From Leucoraja ocellata (lineage: Eukaryota), in NCBI GenBank assembly GCA_036785375.1, contig JAWMAR010000268.1:1364001-1428000 (forward strand): a stretch of 64,000 nt of DNA, in the 5' to 3' direction. The notes under the pieces were generated by a model that was given only the letters and a program-made list of their open reading frames with translations, had not been told where the DNA came from and searched no databases. A program made the position numbers and the translations under genes. Below are positions 50,512 through 64,000 of the stretch, one piece after another (position 1 is the first letter of the stretch; each line of letters starts with the position of its first letter).

Positions 50512-51058
50512 TGGACCATCTACCGCTGCAACATCGAGAGCATCCTTACCAACTGCATCACAGTATGGTATGGCAACTGCTCTGTCTCCGACCGGAAGGC
50601 ATTGCAGAGGGTGGTGAAAATTGCCCAACGCATCACCGGTTCCACGCTCCCCTCCATTGAGTCTGTCCAAAGCAAGCGCTGTCTGCGGAGGGCGCTCAGC
50701 ATCGCCAAGGACTGCTCTCACCCCAACCATGGACTGTTTACCCTCCTACCATCCGGGAGGCGCTACAGGTCTCTCCGTTGCTGAACCAGCAGGTCGAGGA
50801 ACAGCTTCTTTCCGGCGGCTGTCACTCTACTAAACAACGTACCTCGATGACTGCCAATCACCACCACCACCACCACCCCCCCCCCCCCCCCAACCCCCCC
50901 CCCCCCCCCCCCCCCCCCCCCGGACACTTATTTTTTTTTTTTTTTTTAATTCAAATTGTTTGCTATGTCGCTCTTCAAGGGAGATGCTAAATGCATTTCG
51001 TTGTCTCTGTACTGTACACTGACAATGACAATGACAATTAAAATTGAATCTGAATCTG
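50512..51058 (+). mobile_element. Young Rex1/Babar-like LINE 3' end
   Basis: Encodes YRCNIESILTNCITVWYGNCSVSDRKALQRVVKIAQRITG…HPNHGLFTLLPSGRRYRS (C-terminal region of Rex-type ORF); poly-C tract; ends in (TGAATC)n. Inserted in an older degenerate LINE (~49750-51290). Confidence 0.85.
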
Positions 51059-51569
51059 GTAAAGTATCATTATCAATGGCAAAGGCTTCTTCTTCGGCAC
51101 TAATGTACCAGCTGCCCACTATTGTCAAGTATGGGGATATACTATGAGCTGTTGTTGCATCCCAATAGCATCTTCCTGTCCACCACCATTCATGACTAAA
51201 TGTGTTTGGATTGCAAAGATTTGATCTGATGGTTGAGACTGCTTACTGCATGCTGTCTAACAAATAAATAGTGTTTTGTTGCAGCTTCAAGTCAGAACCA
51301 TACAAACATCAAGAAATCTCAAAATTGTAGTCGTATAAGTTTTCATTTAAAACTAATTCTTGTTTTCTTTAAGGAGTAAATTTCTGGCCCACAACATTTT
51401 GAACCAAGACCATGAGTGTACAGTTCATTTCAGTGTCTTGGTGCTCAGTGGGAAGTGTTGCATCAGTTGCAAAGTGGTCAGGTTTCATCTCATTATTGCA
51501 TTCCAGTAAACAGAATGAAAAAGACAAACAAATGTTGCCAGTCCATTAGATATCCAAAAATCACTTGAT

Positions 51570-52368
51570 ATTGATCACCTGACTGAATGGTACCAGAAAA
51601 ACAACCTTGCTCTCAACATCAGTAAAACTACGGAAATGATTGTTGGCTTTTGAAGAAGCAGCTGAGGATGCACGAACCTGCCTTCATCGACGGTCGGATG
51701 TGGAGAGGGTCAATAACTTCCAAGTTCCTAGGTATGCATATCTCTGAATATCTGTCCTGGACATAGCATATTTATACAATCATAAAGTAAGCCCATCAAT
51801 GCCACAACTAGCTTAGAAGATGGAGGAGTTTCAGAACATTGATGAATACTCTCTTGAATTTATACAGCTGTACAGTAGAGCACATATTGATTAGTTGCAT
51901 CACAGCCTGGTTTGGCAACTCAAACGCTCAGGAACAAAGGAGAGAAAAGTGGTGTATACTGACTGCCCAGTCCGTCAAAGGTACTGACCTTTTCACCATC
52001 AAAGGGATCTACTGGAGGTGCTGCTGAAAAAGGCAGTCAACATCATTAAGAATCCACACCATCCTGCCCATGCTCTCATTTCACTCAAGAATCCTGAAAA
52101 CTGTAATGTCCAGATCCAAGTACAGCTTCTTCCCAACTACCATCGGGAAATTGAATGTTGCAGAACTACGAACTGCCTTGTCTTCGGGCTTCGGCACAAA
52201 TTGTTTTTAAATAAATATATATTCATTTAACTTCTTCGTTATGTTTGTTTATTATATTATCTATTGAGTACTCTGCTTAGAAACCTATTGTGCTGCTGCT
52301 GCACGCAAGAATTTAATTGTTCCATTTTGGTGCATATGATAATAAAACACGCTTGACTTCTGACTTGA
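51570..52368 (+). mobile_element. Older Rex1/Babar-like LINE 3' fragment
   Basis: Degenerate NNLALNISKTTEMI, FKFLG, LLNLYSCTVEHILISCITAWFGNS; ends AATAAAACACGCTTGACTTCTGACTTGA. Confidence 0.75.
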
Positions 52369-53309
52369 ATATCATTGCAGCTGAGTCTCGTTAAAACTTG
52401 TAAAAACATCAATGCCAATGTGTTGCAAAATGAATCACAGCCTTCGTGCTTGTGAAACTTAAATTATGCAATACTTCATGCACTGGATTTAATTCCAAAA
52501 TGCCACAAATTACACAGAATTTTGCAATATTGCAGCTGTCCTTATAAGACAGTTTCGTAAGAAACCAGTGTCTCGATCTCTCAAATACTCTACAAACAAG
52601 GGTGTGATTCTGTGGCTGTGTGGAATGCCCAAATCTGGCATTAACTGTACACTCTTATCTACAGAAGAGATAAACCTCAACCTTCAAAAGTGAGCGTATC
52701 CATACAGCAGTGATAACTGGGAACAATTAAAACAGTCAGGCCTTTCAGTAGCTTGTTACCAGCCATTTGCATTGAAATGCTCAATCATTTAAGAGATTGG
52801 AATGAGAGAGGGGGAGGGAGGAAAAGTGATGTTTCACAATTCAATGCAAGTTTAAATTTATCAACATCAAAAGATGAGGCAAAATCCATCTTGTATCACA
52901 AAGACTTCAAACATGACATAAGAACATTTGAGTAAGCCACTCAGCTCATAAGCCTATTTCCTAAACAAGATGATCATGGCTAATATTTTCCTCGGTTTCA
53001 GCTTCTGGAGTTAAACTCATTTCATTTACTTTCTTAATATATTGACTTCCATCGTGAATATTTACAGCAACCGAATCTCATAAGTTCCTTGGATAAAAAA
53101 TTCCAAAGATTCATCCTCAGTGATGAAATGTCTTCTTATTTCAGTCCAGAACAGCCAACACTTGAATTTGAAACTGTAATCTTTGGTTCCAGATTTCTAG
53201 CCATGCAAACATTATCCTTCCATCAACCTGTCAACCTCCATTACAGTTTTCTATGCTTCAATGTGATCACCTTTAATACTATAGATAAGTCTGTTTAATC
53301 TCTACATAT

Positions 53310-54060
53310 ACAGGTAGTTCTGCTGTAAATGCGATAGTTGAGTTCCTAAGAAACCTTCGGTTATAGAAAATGGAGTTATTAAAAACAATTGAGTTAATGG
53401 GGAGAAAAGTGAGCTAGGGGCTGAGACCAATTAGTTATTTTTCCCCATACAGGGTTTTCAAAAATGTTTTTCTAATAGCTGTAAGTTTAATTTTGTTACT
53501 GAAAGCTGTATGTAACATTATTTAATAGAGTATCATTGCACAAGTGTCGATGGAAACGATTGCGTGTCAATTTCGTAGTCAGGAACTGCAGATGTTGGTT
53601 TACACCGAAGATAGACACAAAATGCTGGAGTAACTCAGCGGGACAGGGAGCATCTCTGGATAGAAGAAATGGGTGATGTTTCAGGTCAAGATCGTTCTTC
53701 AGTCTGAAGGGTCTCGACCCAAATCGTCACCCATTCCTTCAATCCAGAGATGCAGCCTGTCTTGCTGAGTTACTCCAGCAATTTGTGTCTAACTTGCTTG
53801 TCAATTTCTCAAGCCACTGGCCTCTGTTCTTACGAGACAATGGTTACAATGGGACAGTTACATAGAAGATATTTGTCCCTTCAATTTCTCTCCCCCCCCC
53901 CCCGCCCCCTCCCCCTCATCCACCAAGACAGTTTTGTCTCTGCTGGTCAATTTCCAAAGTAACATCAGTTCCCTCATTTCTGATCAAAATTGCATTCTTA
54001 CCAATTTGACCCACATAATACAGTAATGTTCCCTAATTCGTCAATTATGTTATACCCAAT
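53310..54060. mobile_element. Tigger-like DNA transposon with a nested Penelope-derived inverted repeat (53580-53785)
   Basis: Starts TA|CAGGTAGTTCTGCTGTAAATGCG and shares internal motifs with 44440-44948; the nested IR is flanked by repeated TGTCAATTTC. Confidence 0.6.
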
Positions 54061-54939
54061 TAGAGATATGAGTTGAGATTGCAACCTTCACGTGGTCCGC
54101 CCTGTTTTGACAAATGCAATCAACCCGGCGTGCACAATCAAATAGAACAAGTTGTCCTACAACTTTAGGCTGTGCACGACATACGCAAGAAGAAGAGGTT
54201 CTTGGGTTCAGTGTACGAAATTAGAGAAAAGACAGGAGAAGATACAACTATAATCCCATTGCTCTGGTCTGAAACTGTAAATGAAAGAATCATGCTCTCA
54301 CTTTTACCAGTGAACCTCTGGCTTCCTGTTTTAATGTGATACATTTCCATACAAACAATTTTCTATCAGCAGAATTTATGATTTTTAAGTAATTGTTAAT
54401 TTCATATGCTACTGTCATGACAAGAAATAATGATCTGGAAGAACCAGCATTAAAATTGATTTCTCATCATAGGCAGAATGCAGGACCATGTAGAACTCGA
54501 TTTGCAGCAAAGCTTTGAAAAAAAAATAAAAAAATCACATCTTACCCGCTACCTACGATTGCAGTGATTACCTGCAGTACACATCCAGATTAAACAAATA
54601 AGACCGTTTCAATCTATTAAATCACAAATACTGATGAAATCACCACCATACCTCTCAACTGTATGCTTTTTTTTTAATTACGGTGACACAATATAAAGCT
54701 GCACACATTGAAATAGCAGCCAAATTAAACCAATCAAAATCAGGCAATTTACAAATGCTACCAAAAGCCGCATTCTTCTGAAAGCATAACCCAGAATTCT
54801 GTCAATCCACGCATTGCAGTTTGAGAGGTATGTGCACCACAAAATTAAAGCTATTACAAATACGTACAAATTTATTTTAACCTTGGCCCCAACCTAGGAT
54901 AACCTAAGGATCTACTTCACAAGGTTGCACTACACCAAC

Positions 54940-55059
54940 CTTTTATGCCTGGTTTCTTCCCAGAGCTCAGCTGGCCGCTAACGTCATGTAACCTGGTATC
55001 CAGCTCACTCTTCGAGTCTAGCTGGAGGTCATCGTTCGATTTCCCTGGGACTTTTTTCA
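54940..55059 (-). CDS. BRD4: BRD4 exon encoding a BRD2/BRD3/BRDT-like post-ET coiled-coil segment (VKKVPGKSNDDLQLDSKSELDTRLHDVSGQLSSGKKPGIK)
   Basis: Acceptor tgtttgcag|TG, donor G|gttggt; 120 nt, phase 1 to 1, open frame; RLxDVSGQL motif. Inclusion in mRNA is not demonstrable from DNA alone. Confidence 0.82.
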
Positions 55060-57129
55060 CTGCAAACAGCATCACACAACAAGATTTGGACCAAACACTT
55101 TGGTACCATTATACAGGTACAACACAGTGAATAAAAATGACTCTAATTTGGCACATGGGATCAGATGCAAATTGAAGGAAGGAAAAGCAGCTAAAGGGGA
55201 AAAAAAAGGATCCATTCATTGTTTGCAACTTAAAAAGCCAATAATCTAAAAGAGAATTTAGCAAATGTTTGGAAGCATGTAGCGAGGTCATGATAATTTT
55301 GTTTTGTGAAACATAAACCACATTTTAAAAATACTGAAGTATATAGAATGCACAATTCAATTTATTGCCAAAAACATTCGAACCAAAGAGCTGCTCAGAT
55401 GATCAGACCAGAGGGAAAGGGAGTGAGGGTTAAAGAAGATTCCTGGCCACTGATTATAAATAAGTCAACTTCAAAAAAAGAACCATAAAAGGCACATGAA
55501 TTGTGAGGAATAAAAAAACTATTACTTTAACCAAACTTGGACCAAGTTAAATTTAATTTTAACCACTTTCACTCATAGTAAAAGGCTAATGGTTGAAGCA
55601 ACTGGTCAACAAATTTTCTCAACTTTCCCAAACCATATACTAGCTGCCATGACAACCAGAGATTTGCTACGGCAACAGTGGAAGTATCCAGTCTTTTCCT
55701 TCAGCATGGTTAGCATTATAATGAGTTATATAACCCCAAGAAAGTGTTTCAGTGCACCACTTTCGTTCTCATTTTTTTTGTTATGAGAAATATTACCTAC
55801 AATATTTTTCCCCCATAAAGATTTACTTTTATATTATGACGTCACTACTGAAATTCACAATTTTTGCCAAATTCTAAATAAATTTAACTGGAGAAGCCAA
55901 ATCTGGTTCAAGATGAAAAAGAAAATAGTGTACCTCTGAAAACCAGCTGTTGCTCTGATCTCTAGGTTAAGCAGCCTCAAAGATGTCAATACCCAACCTG
56001 TGTGTGCCCATTCCACAAGTCCAATGATGCTGTGACAGTGTAGATCATTTAACAATGATCACATATCCAAAGTAAACATAAGATGATTGTTGTCATAAAA
56101 ACTGAACATTACAAATGTCTTCCAACAAAAAAAAATGCAGAACAAACCACCCAAATCACGGCCTGTTCATGGTGCATAATGAAAACATCATACATCACCA
56201 ATAATTATATCAAAATTCATCCTCACTGGAATCAGTGAATTAATTGGTTATTTATCTCATTTGCAACTACCAAGTTATCAAAATACATTGAAGCAGATTA
56301 TCTACTCTTTGAAGTTAATACAGCAAGTCCTTTTCTCCCATCACCATGCAAAAATCCTACAAATTTGAATATCAATAGCTTCTGCAACAAAGAATAAAAT
56401 GGTGTCGTATATGTACAGGCGGAGAAATTTGTGTTCAATTCTACACGTTTCTGGACTAATTGGGGAGAAAATTAAGTACGGTAAATATCTGGATCTAATC
56501 TAGGCCTTACATATGCGTCCAAAAGTTAGATACTAAGAGCATGCAAATTCAGATATTTATCTCATAGTTTCAAGGTTAAATTACCAGCACAGAAAAGAGT
56601 TACAAAGGTCTAAGTTTCTGAACTTTCCTAAAGCATTTTATTAGACAGTATATTTTTATGTACAATGACATGCTCCTGGCATTTAGAATTTAGAAAATGA
56701 AACTGTCAAAATCAGAGCAAGTTTTCAAGGAATGATGATGCAGAATAATTGTCCATAGATAGTTCTTCTAACTTAAGGATAAACTAGTTGTTACTCAAAT
56801 TGTAGTTTAGTACATTAAATAATGCTAAAGCAGCACGGGATGCGTGTTTTACAGGGGAGAATAGGTGGCCAAAACAAATATTGTTGATTTGCTTAAATCC
56901 AAGATTGCCAAAAGGTGTATTTACAATCATATCCTAAGGGTAGTCATGTATTGATTCTACCCAATCCCACACAGCAAACCCACGATAGGCCCACAAAGAC
57001 AAGAGTACCTACTGTATATATGATTAGCACTGTCTGGTAACATGTACGTTCCTAATGCTGTAAATCTGCCATGGCTTACCTGGAGGATCACATTGTGGGA
57101 CTGGCTAAGACTTCACTAAAGTCAGTTCA

Positions 57130-57197
57130 ATTGGATGATCAGCCAAGGGCCGAATGGCCTACTCCTGCACCTATTTTCTATGTTTCTATGTTTCTAA
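57130..57197 (+). mobile_element. CR1 extreme 3' tail
   Basis: GGATGATCAGCC…AAGGGCCGAATGGCCTACTCCTGCACCTATTTTCTATGTTTCTATGTTTCTA. Confidence 0.7.
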
Positions 57198-60100
57198 CTA
57201 AACCTGAATTGGGCAAGGGTTGGTCTTGTGAAATATTTATTCTCAGTATCACAGTATTTTGATGTATAATGTGAGCCAGCCAGAATACTGGGGCGAAGTC
57301 TAAGAGATTAGGTAATCTCAAATACCTTTATACTCAAATAAAAACAAGTCAATCTATGCAATGTGTTTGACCCACATACGAGTTCCTGACAATGTATCAT
57401 TCCTATCATCGAGATCGGCTATCACCACCAGTTTGAGATTCTCCCATGATGAAACATGCCCTTCCATCTGGGTCAAGAACCCTCAGGATTTTACATGCAA
57501 TCAAGTCTCACTCTTCTAAACTCCAGCAGATGCAAGCCAAGCCTATCCAACCTCATTTTAAATATTTGTCTCATAAACCTCTCTAAGCTGCTTAACATTC
57601 TCAATTTCATACGTTTACTAATGCTGTATGTGTGCTCCAGATGTAGTCCAATAGCCAATGTAACTGAAGCATGAACTTTCTACTTGTGTATTCAATAATC
57701 CTCGCAATAAGATTGTTAGCTTTTCTAATCACTGAGTGCTGGCATACTAACCTTTTGAAAAATAATGCACGAGTTCACCCCGATGCCTCTGCATCCTTAA
57801 GTTTCACAGAATATGATTTCCTATTTTCACTTTACAAAAACATGACTGAACTTATCACTACAAAACGTACTCATACTTTATATGCTATAAACTATTGAGA
57901 TCCTGGTCATTAGATCCCTCATTATAAAGTCCTTGACCGTGACGATTCACTCATCTTCCCAAGGGCCCAACAAGGTGTCGGGACCTCCAAATCTGGACTC
58001 TATTTTAAACACCTCTACTGACAGCTGTACTTTTAGACATCTTGGCATCATGCTCCATAACTCTCCTCCTCGATAAATGACCCATAAGTACCTTAGACAC
58101 TGTTTTTGGTCACTACCATTGATATGGCCTGTGACACCATTAAAAGGACACAAACATTACTGTTAAGTATCCTGGTACATTTGGCTACATTAAAGGCACG
58201 TTTTATTTGTGTCTGTCAGCTAATAGTAGTGACAAAATGTGTTGGCAGCATGGGTAGATTTGCAATAGCATCTGTCCCCACAATAGTGAAGGTCAGAATA
58301 TCATGGCATATAACCATCTCCAATGACAATCTGCAAATAAAAATATCCAAGGACATGTTTTTGTTAGCATCTTGGACAAAGAGTAAATTATACTCTGGTT
58401 TATTTTATTTTGATATGGTGGGATTGTATCATGAGACAAAATGAATTTGTACTGTGTCAGCTCCTTGGAATCAAAAGTAAATAAAAATAACCTAAGTATA
58501 GCATTAGTAATCTTAAGAAACATGTGGATAACTCACTGGAGGATGCAAGAGCACTTGGCCCCCCAGTGAATTATCCATGCATTGAGTTATATTGGAAAAA
58601 GGGAACATTATTTGGATGTAATTTCTCTGTATTCATGGGTATCCTGTACTTGATTAGGCAAGTTTAATGTTGGTCCTGGGTAGCTAACACACCAAGCTTC
58701 CATTTGAGAAGCACCAAATTAGAGAAGTGAATGGTAGTTTAAAATGTGTAAATCTCAAATTTACAGTCAAGTGTACCAGGAATATTTCAAAAGGGGAAAT
58801 ACGAAAGAAATGTGGCTTTGGGCCAATAATCTTCAAATGTTCCAGAATTTGAGGTTTATTGCTAATTGACAACATATTGTATTGTGAACAACTGACTGAT
58901 GGTCCATTTGGCCGTGTAAATTATCTTCCTGCAGTCACTTTTTGGATACGAGAGGAAGCTTCAAATTAACTTTTTTGTGCCATAATTATTTCCTCTGCAT
59001 GAAACATGGATCCGAAGTCAGCGGGAAAATATTGCAGCAAAATGCAATAATTCAGAAGCCAAACACACCACTACATAAAAATAACTCAAATACAGAACAG
59101 GTTGAACCATGAGGTCCATGGAAATTGGTTGGTGTTTAATTTTACATTTGCTGCCTTCTGTAAAATCAGCAAATTCCATCTCCAAACCTGGTGAGTGATG
59201 CCATCAGACTGTTAATTCATGAGGTAAATCTTGTTCCAAACTAAATAGATACCAAAGCACTCCACTATCTAACAAGCAAGCAAGGAGGTGAACAGTTAAC
59301 TGGCCCTGATTGATTACAAGTCCTTTGGACTCAATCCCCTATCCCTGTGAAGGAATGTAGGTGGAAGGGGAGGGAGCGGGAAAAATTAAATAGGTGCATC
59401 CAGGTGGGCCACAGGGGAAGGGGAGTGAAGGTTTGGGTAAGAGAGCGGGTTTTGTAGTTGCATAAAATCAGAGACTTCAAATGTTCATACCGTTGGTATA
59501 TTCTGCTTGGGTGGCTTATAACCCAACAGTACGAACATTGAAATCTCCGATTTTAGGCAAGTACAACCCCCCCCCCTCCATTCTCCCCACCCCCTACATT
59601 CCTTTCAGCTTCACAATTGCAATGTTTCAATCCTTTGTGTCTTTTTTTTACAATAAACGTGACTCGACTTGAATTTCCGCAAATTAAACACAACCTGAAG
59701 CTTGGCCCTGAAGTAAACCTGGCATTTCAATTCTTCCCGTCTTATAATGCCCATCAAGATTACCATCACAACTGTCATTTTAGCGTTCTTGACTTTGAGT
59801 CCCCAACCCAAACAATTACATTGCCATGCTGCACCTCTATCATGCCATGTAGTGCAACTATCCTAGAGGATATCAGCCAGACACTCCTCTCCCTCCTTCA
59901 AGATGTTTCTTCTTTGCTCCTCTAACTGACCCTTATAAGATGACTTCAGTCAGACTAATTAACAAGAAGAGAAGATGAGGAAAAATAAATAAATCACGCC
60001 TTAATAATGGGGATCTGGAATTCACTACCTGACCAGGGTGGTGTAGGGAAGCAGCAACCCATATTTTATTTAAAAAGATGAGCAACTGACAAGATTTAAC

Positions 60101-61341
60101 CTCCAAGACTACATAAAGAAAGAGTGGGATTAATCTAATAAACAGTTTTACCTTTAACTTTAATAGATCATCTAATACTTGGTACACATTCTACAGCTCT
60201 GACACGTGGCCTTACTGCAGTTAACGTACTTTAGGGATTTATACGCTACACAATTTTGATCATTCAAATCAGAAACAATTTAGTTTATTAATCAAATTAA
60301 TTGAAAATAAAAATAGTACTTTAATCTATTATGATTAAATATATTTGATTTCAAAGGTCACATTTTTATGCCCCGCCTCAGGATGACCAAAACATTAATT
60401 AACCTGATTTTTCCTGTAATTGTCTTTGGAAAACAGATAGGGGATGAATTTGGGTAGCAATACCAAAAAAATTCAGATGGTAACTTAGTCAATGTTTTTT
60501 AACCTCTATGACACTAAGCAAATTGAGGTCCACAATTCACCATGTCATGAGGAAATATTTTTGTTAACAAAAATGGTTTTATTTGCACGGAAATGTCAAA
60601 TTGACACTTGGGTGAGGAAAATATCAAAGAGCATTCCTGTTTCTGTTTCCTATCAAACCAACAGCTGGAAAAATGACTGTAAAATAAAAAAATACCTGCA
60701 GTTCCTCATCGTGGAAGAACAGTCATTCTGGCAATACAAGAAGGTGAAAGGAAGCTGAGCGTGTCATGATTAACAACTTACAACATACACATGGTCCTGT
60801 TTCCTACACTTCATATTGAGTCACAAAAGTGTGATCTCATTGGGAGATGAGTATGATATATTTGCAAGAGGAACTGCCAGGACAACATTTTAATGGGATT
60901 CAAATTATCCACCACTAGGTAAAACCAACAAAAGTAAATTTCATTTGCGGAATTCCGATTGTTAGAGCAAGAGACTGAAGTTGTACAGAAAGCCATTCCA
61001 ATTAGCATTGCAGCTTTTCTGCTAGCCTCTAACATGTCACTTAAACCTTGCTTAATGTGACCCTACAATCTATCAGTGAGGAAAAAAAGATGCTCTCAGA
61101 TGCATCTCCAACAAGTTTTAAATGTCAGGCTTTTAATGAACGTAAATTTTTTATCTTTAAAAAACTGGTTTTTGCTTCAACAAATCAGTCCCTGGCAATA
61201 ATGCAGTGTATTGACACATTGCAGAATTGCAGCAGTGTGGCCTGGACTCCAGCTGAAGATTTAGGAAAGAAACAATCACCCACGTCACGCTTATAAACCA
61301 CCGAACAGCTGGCTTTCAGAGGTAAAATAAGGAAAAACCTA

Positions 61342-61893
<552 letters not shown>

Positions 61894-62290
61894 TCATGCT
61901 TTACAGAGAAGTGTGATTAATATTACTCAGTTAAGAAGACCAAGACCTAGCATTTAGCAAGATTTATACTTATAAATGCAGCATAACAGCTCAAAAGTTA
62001 CGCCCAAGTACTCCATAACCTTTCTTCTGCTCATTTAAAGCAATAACTACAAGTATATTCACCATAAAGGATTGTAAACATAACACTTGGAAACAATTTC
62101 ATTCTGTGAATCTTTGTAAGCACGTATGATATTATCTCCATTTCATGAGGGTCCCTGTTTAGCAATATTCCACCCCTGCCATTTATTGCGTATGTCCTGC
62201 CCCTGACTGGCTTCCCAAAATGCAGCAGCTCACACTTGCTGGAATCAAGTTATATCGGACAATGCTCCGCCCAACTTGTTCTTTATCATG

Positions 62291-62373
62291 GTACACAAAA
62301 ATGCTGGAGAAACTCAGCGGGTGATGCAGCGTCTATGGAGCGAAGGAAATAGGCAATGTTTCGGGCCGAAACC
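62291..62373 (-). mobile_element. 83-bp Penelope-derived insertion with a 16-bp target-site duplication
   Basis: ACACAAAAATGCTGGAGAAACTCAGCGGG…GGCAATGTTTCGGGCCGAAACC, flanked by CTTGTTCTTTATCATG at 62275-62290 and 62374-62389. Confidence 0.7.
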
Positions 62374-63305
62374 CTTGTTCTTTATCATGTTGTAGCTTCA
62401 ACTTTCCTCGCTATCCACATCACCATAACCCTCAATGCAAGGGGAAAACTCAAATACTTTGTCCAATTTAACCACATAACTGATGCGTTTTCCCTCCACT
62501 GCTCAAAAAAAAACCCCAATAGTTCTACACAACTGATCACAAATCAGTTTGAGTCACTCTTTCACCACATGGCTAGTTCTTAAATACTACTGTGCCTTTA
62601 AATGATTGAGGAACTATTTGAGATAAAGATGGCACACATTCATTTAGTTCCAATGCAAATGTTTCCGTAAAGTGAAGAGCTTCAACATTAAATCACAGGA
62701 TTCAAAAATAATTTGCCTTACTGATTATTCACCACAATACAAAGCATTATCCTGCTATTTGAAGGAATGGGCAAGCATCCAAAAGATACAAAAACAATTA
62801 GCCAAAGCAGACAAGGTATACGTATGAAAACTAGAAGTTTTATGAACCTTGTCACAAATCCGCACAAGGTAGAACAGCAGCTAAAGTAATGATTCCTTTC
62901 TGGAAACTTTCAAAAAAATATTGCAGTAACACCAAAAACGTCTTCAGAACCATGTGTGAATGGGTGCTCTGGATTTCAGGAGACAGAATCGGAAAACAGG
63001 AAGACACAATAGAATCAAGCTGGTTGGGATCGGACTCATCCTTAAGTTGCATCCAAATTGTGACTTGATCCCAAATGACCAAACTGATCAAACCTGTGAT
63101 CAGACTTTTTTCTCTGGGTCAATGGCCTAGTGCTTGAACCACTCTGCTGTCAACCCCCATATCACCACATACAACTCAAATTATATGGAATTTATTTTTG
63201 ATAAACTAACTCAGACCAGGCGTTCACCTGAAATAATGATTTAACCATGACTGATATTTAACTAGTATTTGAATAACGGAGAAATTAACCTGCAAGCAGA
63301 TTTAC

Positions 63306-63523
63306 CTGGGATTTGCATTGCTCTTCTTTGATCTTTTTGGCTGTTGCTCCTTAGCTTTGCTCTTTCTCTTTTCTTCCACATCATCTTTCTTTTTATGCCT
63401 CTCTTTTTCTTTGTCCTTTTCCTTCTCTTTCTTTTTCTCCTCTTTCTTATCTTTCTCTTTCTTCTTTGGTTTTGACAGTTGGGGTTGGGAAAGGGCAGCC
63501 AGCTGCTCATGTACCGCTTTCAA
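63306..63523 (-). CDS. BRD4: BRD4 motif-B / basic (BID) exon ([27 protein letters not shown]…)
   Basis: Matches [16 protein letters not shown] plus the lysine-rich NLS; acceptor catatag|TTG, donor AG|gtaaa; 218 nt, phase 0 to 2. Upstream bromodomain exons lie beyond the window. Confidence 0.96.
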
Positions 63524-64000
63524 CTATATGACACAAAACAATGCTCAAACTTAATTGCTGTTTACTTCCACAAATTTTGAACACAAGAATATGCATTTGC
63601 CTGTACCAGCTGTTGTTATGTCGTCTACTTGATGGATGCACATTCACGCAAAGTTTAGAGGGAAGAGGCAGGGAAATACTTCTGACAATATAAATAATTT
63701 TAGTAATTTTATCAGAAGGCAGGTACAACATAGATTAGTACCTGTCATCTAGTAAATACTGAATTAGATAATATAATGCTCACAATTACACAGTATCACA
63801 AGATGGTTCCAGCTTAGGAGGCAGCTGTTTGGTCCATCAAATCTGTGTTGGTTCCATGCAAAATAAATCCAGCTGGTCCCGCGCTCATCTTCTCCCAATG
63901 CTGTGAAAATTCCGGAGATATTCTCCAGATACTATTCAATTCTATATTCAATTTGCCTCCATTACAACCCCAGACTAATAATTTCCCTGTATAAAAACAC

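Noticed and set aside
50876-50947. Poly-Pro/poly-His ORF and long C/T homopolymers
   Set aside because: Part of the Rex-like LINE 3' UTR; homopolymer lengths are unreliable.

Overview
Eukaryotic (vertebrate) genomic DNA, most likely a cartilaginous fish (skate/ray-like), judged from V-SINE (HE1-type), CR1, Rex1/Babar and Penelope-like repeats. The window holds two intron-containing genes, both on the minus strand. (1) The 3' half of BRD4: 13 coding exons reconstructed by hand from 63523 (lysine-rich motif-B region) through the ET domain, SEED, poly-His/Pro/Gln regions and the C-terminal P-TEFb-binding motif to the stop codon at 11213-11215. All splice phases are consistent; there is one GC-AG intron and one assembly gap inside the poly-Gln exon. 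(2) The first two coding exons of an epoxide hydrolase 3/4-family gene (EPHX3 by synteny) with a CpG-island promoter. The most notable observations are: a 120-nt in-frame exon (54940-55059) encoding the post-ET coiled-coil segment known from BRD2/BRD3/BRDT/fs(1)h but, as far as I recall, absent from mammalian BRD4; a read-through stop that would give a short BRD4 isoform (...DSETG*); and many Penelope-derived inverted repeats carrying minimal hammerhead-ribozyme cores, one with an intact core on the BRD4 sense strand. Most ORFs in the supplied track are spurious.
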